Shown here: in pieces, positions 1 to 7,931 of the stretch
Layout: each line of letters opens with the position of its first letter
Numbering within the stretch: the first letter of the stretch is position 1
Notes under the pieces: generated by a model
Database searches by the model: none
Seen by the model: only the letters and a program-made list of their open reading frames with translations
What the model was told of the DNA's origin: nothing
Made by a program: the position numbers and the translations under genes
IMG/VR virus record: IMGVR_UViG_3300024978_000001
From: a virus
Length of the DNA stretch: 64,000 nt
Reading direction: 5' to 3' (one strand)

Positions 1-1312
<1,312 letters not shown>

Positions 1313-2023
1313 TTAACCGCCCCAGTCATTGCCATTGCCGTAAGTCGGCACGCCGCCCTTCTGCGAGACCGAACGGAACGATTGTGGGAAGCGCCATGCG
1401 CTGGCGCCCCTGGTGTTCGCCCGCAGCGCCGCCGAGCGGGCATTCGCGACAAACTGGCGGAATTTGGCGAGGTTGTATTTCGCCCCAACCAAATCGCTAA
1501 AGCTCTTGTTCTTCTGGTTCTGCAGCATGCCGAGGATGCCGGCCTTGATCGCGAGATGCCATTTCTGCAGCACCCAAGCCGGCGCGATGGGGAGGTTGTC
1601 GCGCGTCAGCGGCAGCGAGACCGTCTTCGTGACATAGACGGTGTACTGTTGCGCCTGGTTAGGCGTGTCCTGCAGCAGCACGACAGCGTCGCTGTTCCCC
1701 ATTTGCGTCGGCGCGGTGCCGCTCATGGGAAGTAGCGCACGAACCGGGCTTCCGTTTGCGTTGCAGACGCCGTCGAGGGCGATGATCTGGCCTTCGGTGG
1801 CCGCGATCGGATAGGACAGCGCCTGCTCCCAACCTTGCGGCGTGGTGGGCTGCGACGCCGGCGGTGTTACGTTAATTGTCAGTTCTTCCTTCCAGCACGA
1901 TGTGTCGCGAAAGAACTCGTCCAGCGTCTCGAACAGCGCCGACTTCAACAGCGCTTCCGATACGCCGGTGAGCTCGACCCGGCACTGGTTGAACACCGTG
2001 TTCACGTCATTGGGGTTGAGCAT
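1313..2023 (-). CDS. hypothetical virion-module protein (236 aa)
   Basis: ORF track. Tightly packed between 2026..2433 and 944..1312, downstream of the capsid gene. Confidence 0.6.
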   Translation of the reverse strand: MLNPNDVNTVFNQCRVELTGVSEALLKSALFETLDEFFRDTSCWKEELTINVTPPASQPTTPQGWEQALSYPIAATEGQIIALDGVCNANGSPVRALLPMSGTAPTQMGNSDAVVLLQDTPNQAQQYTVYVTKTVSLPLTRDNLPIAPAWVLQKWHLAIKAGILGMLQNQKNKSFSDLVGAKYNLAKFRQFVANARSAALRANTRGASAWRFPQSFRSVSQKGGVPTYGNGNDWGG

Positions 2024-2025
2024 CT

Positions 2026-2433
2026 TTAGGCCCCCTGCCGCGGCGGCGTGATCATGTTCTTGCCGGTGAGGATGTTGGACATGATGTTGAGGAACGCGAC
2101 CGCGCGTTCGTCCTGCACATCTTCCTGGTCGCGCTCGATCGCGTGCGCCACCATGCCGTGGAGGAACGCTAGACGAAACTGCTGCTCAATCGGCACAACG
2201 GTGCCATCGTTGACGTGGTAGGCCGCCACCGCGCCGCCGCAGCGGTCGTTGAACACGAATAGGTCCGCACGCAGCCGGCGCCCTTCCAGGAGGGCGACGT
2301 TCAACGCCGTGAGCAAACTCGTGTCGTCGTAGCGATACGGCGCAATCTGGTCCTGCAGCAACACGCGCGCGTCCGTGATGTAGTCGCTCACGGTGTCGAG
2401 CGTGGTGTTCGGTGCGGGGGTGATGAAGGCCAT
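2026..2433 (-). CDS. hypothetical virion-module protein (135 aa), in the position of a head-completion or adaptor protein
   Basis: ORF track. First sizeable gene after the capsid terminator. The function is suggested by position only. Confidence 0.55.
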   Translation of the reverse strand: MAFITPAPNTTLDTVSDYITDARVLLQDQIAPYRYDDTSLLTALNVALLEGRRLRADLFVFNDRCGGAVAAYHVNDGTVVPIEQQFRLAFLHGMVAHAIERDQEDVQDERAVAFLNIMSNILTGKNMITPPRQGA

Positions 2434-2531
2434 TAGCGGTCCAGTCCAAGCGCGAGGTAGGTGGCGAACAAAACAACTACGATCCCCAGGACGAACCCGG
2501 TGCCGAGGGAGGTAATAGCGACTGCGAACAT
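2433..2531 (-). CDS. possible 32-aa single-pass membrane peptide
   Basis: ATG at 2531 with GGGAG 8 nt upstream. Translation MFAVAITSLGTGFVLGIVVVLFATYLALGLDR. TAATG overlap with the next gene. Below the ORF-track size cut-off. Confidence 0.3.
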   Translation of the reverse strand: MFAVAITSLGTGFVLGIVVVLFATYLALGLDR

Positions 2532-2544
2532 CGGCGTTGCTCCC

Positions 2545-2578
2545 AAAGAAAAACCCCCGGCACCGTGGATGCCGGGGG
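2545..2578 (-). terminator. rho-independent terminator after the capsid gene
   Basis: Reverse strand reads CCCCCGGCA-TCCACGG-TGCCGGGGG (9-bp stem) followed by TTTTTCTTT, about 23 nt after the capsid stop. Confidence 0.7.
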
Positions 2579-2601
2579 CTTACGACTTTGTATATTCAGA
2601 C

Positions 2602-3624
2602 CTAGCTGTTCGGCGTCACGACGCACTGCACGAGTGCTTTCCCATCAACAACTTGGTAGCCATACACTTGGAGACCGCGAAGGATCTGACCGAATGTCAG
2701 TTCCGACCTTAAGGTCTCCACTTTACTGATTTGTGACGCGAAAGTCAAGCCGTGGGCGTGGCCCGCGAAGATCGGCCACTCGCCGGCAGCGAAGTTGGTG
2801 CTGTCGGTCGAGTTGTTCGGCAGCAGGTTCGAGATGTAGATCGTAAACCGATCCACCATGCCGAGCCGGCCGTTGCGCAGCATCGAGACGGAGTCACCCG
2901 ACAAGTAAGCCTGCCGCAGTTCGGACTGCTTGATCATGCGCCCGGCCCACGCCGGCATGACCACCCAGCGGCCGACCTCCGGGATATTCTGCTCGTCGAG
3001 CACCTGGCCCATACGCATCAGAACATCGAGTAGCTCGATGTCGCCGGCACCGGGGTTCTTGGACACCACCGAGAGCGGTGACGCCTTCGTGCCCAGGTTG
3101 ATGTTGCCGGTGATGGCGCCGGCCGTCGCGCCCTGGTTTACGGCGGCCATCTGGCCGACGATACCGTCGAGCACATCGCTGTCGACCGCGATCTTGAGCT
3201 GCTGCGCAGCGTCGTCGGACCACATCGACAGGACGTTCAGGTCGCTCTGAACCTCCATCACATCGTCAAGGACAAGCGAGAAATACTTGCCGTTGCCGAT
3301 GTAGAGCTCGACCGTGCCACCAGTCGGGCGATCGAGCCCGAGCAGGCCGTCCGACTTGTAGTCGTGGATCGAGATCGTCGGCTTGGTGCGGATCTTGACG
3401 CGGTCGCCCGTGTTCTTGATCTCGCCCTCGTAGTCCGTGTTGCTGATGGCAGCGAGCACGGTCGAGGCATAGAACTTCTCGACGAGTTTGCCCGACCAGA
3501 TCTCCGGGATGAAACCGGTGGCCTGGAGGTTGTTACCCGAGCTACCGGTGGGGTAGATCGCGGGCGAGGACGCGGACGTTGCGCCGGGAAAACCAGAAGA
3601 AGGAATGGACATTGAAGCCCCCAT
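2602..3624 (-). CDS. major capsid protein (start may be the second ATG at 3612)
   Basis: 340-aa ORF directly after the scaffold-like gene. N-terminal FIPEIWS-type motif and overall length are typical of HK97-fold podovirus coat proteins. Followed by a strong terminator. Confidence 0.8.
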   Translation of the reverse strand: MGASMSIPSSGFPGATSASSPAIYPTGSSGNNLQATGFIPEIWSGKLVEKFYASTVLAAISNTDYEGEIKNTGDRVKIRTKPTISIHDYKSDGLLGLDRPTGGTVELYIGNGKYFSLVLDDVMEVQSDLNVLSMWSDDAAQQLKIAVDSDVLDGIVGQMAAVNQGATAGAITGNINLGTKASPLSVVSKNPGAGDIELLDVLMRMGQVLDEQNIPEVGRWVVMPAWAGRMIKQSELRQAYLSGDSVSMLRNGRLGMVDRFTIYISNLLPNNSTDSTNFAAGEWPIFAGHAHGLTFASQISKVETLRSELTFGQILRGLQVYGYQVVDGKALVQCVVTPNS

Positions 3625-3670
3625 GTGTCGGGGGCTTCGCGGGTTTTATGCTGTGCGGAAGAGCCCCCGG

Positions 3671-4708
3671 TTAAGACCGGACGCGCCCCTCGTTGCCTGC
3701 GGCGATCATGTCCGCTTCGAGCCGTGCCCAGTCGTTGTCACGACCAGCCCAGAGCCCGCGTCGGCGATCCGCGTAGTTCTTCGAGATTTGCGCGCGTGTG
3801 TAGATCGGCTTTTCCGCGGGCACATCGGATTGACCCGGTGCCGGCCTTGCCCTGCCAGGAGATGCGAGCGACCCCAGATCCATCGCAGGCTGTCGTGGAG
3901 CTGCCGGGGCCGGTGACGGTGCCGACAAATCCTGCTGACGCTGCGAAGTCGGGATCGTGCTACCCGTGGCCTTCGCTTCCGTGAGGAAGTCTTTGAACAT
4001 CTGCACCACCACAGCGGCGTTCGCGGCTTGGTAGGCTTCGTTCAACATCTGACGCCTAACCTGGCCAGTGTAGATGTTTCGTATAGACAGCCAGTGCGCA
4101 AACTCGGGGCTCCGATTGACGGCAACCCAGTTCGGAATTTTCTCCGCGAGCGCGGTCTGAATTTCGCGCTGAGCCGTTGTAACGACTCGCTTTTTCAGTT
4201 CGCTGTTCTCGTTACGCAGCGCGTCCAATTCAGGCTGAATAGCCTCTCGCGCGGCGCGTTGCGTCAGGTCGATCAGCTCGTGGCCGTAGGTGTCTTCGTC
4301 TTCCGGCGTGATCAACTTTGTGTGAGGTTGAGGATTATTCCGCGAGTCAGTCCGCGGCTGCGACGCATTTCGTGCGAGCAGCGCCTGCGTCTCCTGCAGC
4401 TCGCGTGCAAGCTGCGCGTTGATCTCGGACAGCTCGCCGTTCTGCTGCTGCGACGCTTTCCAACGCCCCTGCATCGACAGGAATTTCTGTTTGTACGAGT
4501 CGGAGTTCTCGTCTTCGGCGGGAGCCGCGTGGTGCGGCGCCGGTTCGGGCGCGGGCGCGGGCGCGGGTTCTGGCGCAGGTTCGGGCGCCGGCTCGGCGTA
4601 GACCTGCTTGTGGAGCGCGTCGGCGTTGTCGCCCTGTTCTCGGATATGCTTGGGGAGGACGACGCTCGGGTCGACCGAGCCGTCTGCGAGATGCTGTAGT
4701 TCTGCCAT
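3671..4708 (-). CDS. scaffolding protein (putative)
   Basis: 345 aa, immediately upstream of the capsid gene. Contains a PAPEPAPEPAPAPAPEPAP linker and long Q/E/L/R-rich helical stretches (ELSEINAQLARELQETQALLARN). Confidence 0.6.
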   Translation of the reverse strand: MAELQHLADGSVDPSVVLPKHIREQGDNADALHKQVYAEPAPEPAPEPAPAPAPEPAPHHAAPAEDENSDSYKQKFLSMQGRWKASQQQNGELSEINAQLARELQETQALLARNASQPRTDSRNNPQPHTKLITPEDEDTYGHELIDLTQRAAREAIQPELDALRNENSELKKRVVTTAQREIQTALAEKIPNWVAVNRSPEFAHWLSIRNIYTGQVRRQMLNEAYQAANAAVVVQMFKDFLTEAKATGSTIPTSQRQQDLSAPSPAPAAPRQPAMDLGSLASPGRARPAPGQSDVPAEKPIYTRAQISKNYADRRRGLWAGRDNDWARLEADMIAAGNEGRVRS

Positions 4709-4731
4709 TGGTTTGGTCTTTCCAGGGGTGG

Positions 4732-4971
4732 TTATGGTTGCTGGGAAGCAGCGAGCGGCTTCGGATTGCGAAGCACGTCGAACAGGACGAGCGTCTGTTT
4801 CGCTCGACCTTGGAGATTGAGGATCGCTTCCGCGGGGGCGTCAGTTACCGCCACGGTAATTTCAGTCGCGTAGACCTCGAACGCGGACAAGAACGCCTGA
4901 TAGCTTTCCGGGTCCGCGTTCCGGAGCACGAAGGCGAAATGCCTAAGATGGTCGACGGCATGTGGCGTCAT
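4732..4971 (-). CDS. hypothetical protein (79 aa)
   Basis: ORF track. ATGA-type overlap with 4968..5174. Contains a palindrome copy at 4845. Confidence 0.5.
   Translation of the reverse strand: MTPHAVDHLRHFAFVLRNADPESYQAFLSAFEVYATEITVAVTDAPAEAILNLQGRAKQTLVLFDVLRNPKPLAASQQP
4845..4859. repeat. TTACCG-N3-CGGTAA palindrome copy
   Basis: TTACCGCCACGGTAA, inside CDS 4732..4971 (sense frame reads T-V-A-V). Confidence 0.95.
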
Positions 4972-5174
4972 TCAGGAAGCCCCGGGAGACCGCTCGGCGG
5001 AGGAGCCGGCTGATCCGAGTCCGCCATCGGGGTCGCCTTGGCGTAAGACTGGATGTTGGGGACGCCGCCGCCAGCGGAGGGGAGGAAGCGTTGCGACGAG
5101 CCCTTGTTCGGCGAGGAGTGCAACGTGCCCTTCTTGTGGACGCCGATCGGCGTCATATGCTTCTTGAACATCAC
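4968..5174 (-). CDS. small basic Gly/Pro/Lys-rich protein (68 aa)
   Basis: ORF track. 4-nt overlaps with both neighbours. Low-complexity sequence (HKKGTLHSSPNKGSS, GGGVPN). Confidence 0.45.
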   Translation of the reverse strand: MMFKKHMTPIGVHKKGTLHSSPNKGSSQRFLPSAGGGVPNIQSYAKATPMADSDQPAPPPSGLPGLPE

Positions 5175-5392
5175 ATCCCCCTGAATGTCGGTCCGAACGG
5201 ACTGGGCTGTCGCGAGCCGGCGGAAGGCTTTGAGCCCTTGCCGTAATCACGGCGGCTTCGCATCGGCTTTGGTGCACCGCCGACGTTGGGCATCGCGGAT
5301 GCGCCTGGCCCGAGCGCAGACGTCTGGTCGGGTTTCGGAGACGCCTTTGGCGCCCCCGGACCCTGCGATGTTCCTTTGATGCGGAACACCAT
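5171..5392 (-). CDS. small basic Gly/Pro/Lys-rich protein (73 aa)
   Basis: ORF track. Overlaps its neighbours by 4 nt and 1 nt. Low complexity (GPGAPKASPKPDQ, GKGSKPSAGS). Confidence 0.45.
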   Translation of the reverse strand: MVFRIKGTSQGPGAPKASPKPDQTSALGPGASAMPNVGGAPKPMRSRRDYGKGSKPSAGSRQPSPFGPTFRGM

Positions 5393-5637
5393 TATCGCGC
5401 GCTCGTGATACCGGCCTTCGCTGGCTCGCTCGCAGCGTAGCCGAACATCTTGCCGGAACCGCCTTTGGCGAACTTGCCGCCATTGCCGGCCGAGTCATGC
5501 TCCGTCACGCCCGGCTTCTGCGAGCCCGCGGCGTCGCTCGGCGCGGTCGTGGTTCGATCGCCATGGCCGAACATCGGGGTGTTGCCGCCTTCGGCGAACT
5601 TGGCGTTCTTCTCGGTCTTCTTGGTGAAGTTGGCCAT
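5392..5637 (-). CDS. small protein with an internal KFA-x-GG-x3-MFG repeat (81 aa)
   Basis: ATG at 5637 with GGAGGG upstream (the ORF is open from 5676). MANFTKKTEKNAKFAEGGNTPMFGH ... GGKFAKGGSGKMFGY. Confidence 0.55.
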   Translation of the reverse strand: MANFTKKTEKNAKFAEGGNTPMFGHGDRTTTAPSDAAGSQKPGVTEHDSAGNGGKFAKGGSGKMFGYAASEPAKAGITSAR

Positions 5638-5709
5638 AACGGCCCTCCGTGAAATAGGGGGATCAAATTGAACCACCCACTCGTGCGTGCAGGGCAGTTG
5701 CGACTTCGT

Positions 5710-6336
5710 TTATTGCTGGACTGCAACCATAAGGTCGCCGTCACGCGCCGGCAGATAGCGCTTCGGTTTGTCGAAGCACGACGCGATCTGGTTGACTGAT
5801 TGCGTAACGCCAGGAACAACAACGCACGCCCCCGGCTTCGCCTGCAGGAACGCCTCCACCGCCTCGTTGACGTGGCACCAGGAACGGATCTGATCGCCGG
5901 AGCCGAAGATCGTGATCTCGTCCTGCGCTGCGCACTTCTCCATAAAGCTGTGGCCGCCATCGCCATAGACGTTCGGCAGGCGGACAACGGCGCAGCCGAA
6001 ATAGCGGGCGTAGTCCTCGCACACGCGCTTGGAGATGGCGTAAGGGTTGACCGGGTAGTTCACCATGGCGCTGGACGCGAACACCACGCGATCGGTGTAC
6101 CGCTCGAAGACCCGCAACGACCCTATGATGTTAGTGCTCGCGTCGCTTCGCGCATCCTTGCAATAGGCGTCGGTTTGCGCCGCGAGGTGATAGACCTGTT
6201 TCGCATCCGGAAGATCGCAGTCGCGAATATCCGTTCCACGCTTCAAGTCGATGCGATGGATGATCTCGCCGCGGCACTCAAGCCGCGCGCACAGATGTTT
6301 GCCGATGAACCCGTCGGCGCCGGTGACCACGATCAC
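5710..6336 (-). CDS. short NAD-dependent epimerase/dehydratase-like (SDR) protein, about 208 aa
   Basis: VIVVTGADGFIGKHL Rossmann motif (GxxGxxG) and YAISK (YxxxK). GTG start at 6336 overlaps the TGA of the upstream gene (GTGA). The longer ORF to 6588 overlaps the methyltransferase and was rejected. Confidence 0.7.
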   Translation of the reverse strand: MIVVTGADGFIGKHLCARLECRGEIIHRIDLKRGTDIRDCDLPDAKQVYHLAAQTDAYCKDARSDASTNIIGSLRVFERYTDRVVFASSAMVNYPVNPYAISKRVCEDYARYFGCAVVRLPNVYGDGGHSFMEKCAAQDEITIFGSGDQIRSWCHVNEAVEAFLQAKPGACVVVPGVTQSVNQIASCFDKPKRYLPARDGDLMVAVQQ

Positions 6337-6911
6337 AGCGGCTTCTCCAGGATCAGCAGGCGTTCGGCCTTGTGGGTTTGATACTCTGTCACTTGCATCT
6401 CCGAGTAGAGCGACAGCAGCACATCGACCATCGGCTTGAGCGTGCCCCCGGGGCACTTGTATGGGCACGACTCCTCGATCGCATAGACGCCGCCGGGGCG
6501 CAGCATCGGCCACAGCAGCCGGCAGAGATGGATCTGGGGGAGGGGGTCGTGCACCGCGTCGTCGCAGATGAAATCGAACTGTGGCCATCTGAACGCATGG
6601 AGCGCGTCGGCAAGGCTGCGTTCATCGTAGGCATCGCACAGCGCGGTATGAATGCGCGGCTGATCGTTGAAGATGAACCGCGCATCATTGTCGACGCCAT
6701 ACACTTCCGCCTCGGGGAGATAATCCCGCCACGCGAACAGGCTGGCGCCGACGACATTGTTGGGGATGTCGCGGAAGCCGCAGATCCCGACTTCCAGCAC
6801 ACTCTTCACGCGGTCGCGATCGAGGTGCTTTTCATAAACGGGGGAGTACCCCCACCCCCACGGGCCGCCTTTATCAGTGCCGTATTTTATAAAAAGATCA
6901 TCCAGCAACAT
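6333..6911 (-). CDS. class I SAM-dependent methyltransferase (putative)
   Basis: ATG at 6911 with GGAGAA upstream. KYGTDKGG N-terminal motif, VLEVGICGF (motif I-like) and VYGVDND (motif II-like). Confidence 0.65.
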   Translation of the reverse strand: MLLDDLFIKYGTDKGGPWGWGYSPVYEKHLDRDRVKSVLEVGICGFRDIPNNVVGASLFAWRDYLPEAEVYGVDNDARFIFNDQPRIHTALCDAYDERSLADALHAFRWPQFDFICDDAVHDPLPQIHLCRLLWPMLRPGGVYAIEESCPYKCPGGTLKPMVDVLLSLYSEMQVTEYQTHKAERLLILEKPL

Positions 6912-7275
6912 TGTGTTTCTCCAGATATCTAATAAGCGCGCCAAGCCTCGGAATGCTTTCCTTCACATTGCCGAGCGCTTGATTGCAGCCGGCGCAGAGA
7001 ATGCCGCGCACGACTTTCGTTTTGTGGCAGTGATCAGTGTGGCAGTTTTTGCCGACGCCCTTGAGCGGGTCGCCGCACGCAGCACACTGATATCCTTGCG
7101 CCGCAAGCATGGCATCTCGCTGCTCTAGCGTAACGCCGTACTTACGCTTGCATCCAGCACGCCTACGGTTGAGCTTTTCTCGCTCATGGTTGGCGTAGTA
7201 ATTGCGCATGCGAGCGGCCTTCGCCCGCTCAGGGTGATCCTTCCGCCATTTTGCGACCCGCTGTGCTGGGGTCAT
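6898..7275 (-). CDS. recombination endonuclease VII-like protein
   Basis: YGVTLEQRDAMLAAQGYQCAACG ... HTDHCH ... RGILCAGCNQALG, the signature of the Endonuclease_7 (T4 gp49-like) family. Confidence 0.8.
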   Translation of the reverse strand: MTPAQRVAKWRKDHPERAKAARMRNYYANHEREKLNRRRAGCKRKYGVTLEQRDAMLAAQGYQCAACGDPLKGVGKNCHTDHCHKTKVVRGILCAGCNQALGNVKESIPRLGALIRYLEKHNVAG

Positions 7276-7931
7276 ACTGAGGCTCTAAAATTGCTGAACA
7301 GGCTGCCGTTGTGGTCAGCCGCGTACCAGTGGAATGGAAGTTTGGTTTTCTGCTCGACGCGGGCCCAGGTGTTGACTTCCCACTCGACGTTCTTGGTGCG
7401 TGCTGTGTGTTGCCTGGCGGCCACCCGACACTCGTAGTCGAGCTGGTCGACCATTTTGCGCGGCACCACGAGCACTGAGCCGCAGAACCGCCAACAGGGG
7501 TACGCGCTCTCGACCGCGAGCGGCCGGGGCCAACAGCCTGGGGCGTAGATCGCATTGTCGTCGAGCCTGCTGACGAAGTCGGAAATTACCGTGGCGGTAA
7601 CGCCGGGGAGGCGAAACACGCCGTAGTCGACCCAACACAGCACGTCCGCGTCAGCGTCTTCGTCGGCGGCCTGCACCAACCATGTCGTCTTCTGATGGTT
7701 GACGCAGTGGTAGGCGAGCGTGTTCTTCGCCGGGTTGTCGCCTTCGGAGACGCGCGGGATGTAGTCGAGACCGCGGACGTATTTCCACATCCAGGTGTCC
7801 TCGACGCGCTGGTAGAACGCCTTCTTGGGCACGGGTACGGCGCCGAGCAACTCGCCTAGCTTGCCATACTCGCCCGGACCGCGAGGGTGGCCGACGATCG
7901 GGATATAACCGGTAACGAGGCGCACCTTCAT
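7272..7931 (-). CDS. hypothetical protein; candidate glycosyltransferase by context only
   Basis: 219-aa ORF, ATGA-coupled to both neighbours within the sugar-modification gene run. No motif I can name with certainty. Confidence 0.5.
   Translation of the reverse strand: MKVRLVTGYIPIVGHPRGPGEYGKLGELLGAVPVPKKAFYQRVEDTWMWKYVRGLDYIPRVSEGDNPAKNTLAYHCVNHQKTTWLVQAADEDADADVLCWVDYGVFRLPGVTATVISDFVSRLDDNAIYAPGCWPRPLAVESAYPCWRFCGSVLVVPRKMVDQLDYECRVAARQHTARTKNVEWEVNTWARVEQKTKLPFHWYAADHNGSLFSNFRASV
7586..7600. repeat. TTACCG-N3-CGGTAA palindrome copy
   Basis: TTACCGTGGCGGTAA, inside CDS 7272..7931 (sense frame reads V-T-A-T-V). Confidence 0.95.

Noticed and set aside
5710-6588. The 292-aa version of the SDR ORF extending to 6588
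   Set aside because: The N-terminal 84 aa are Arg/Pro/Ala-rich and overlap the methyltransferase gene out of frame. The Rossmann motif begins right after a GTG that overlaps the methyltransferase stop.
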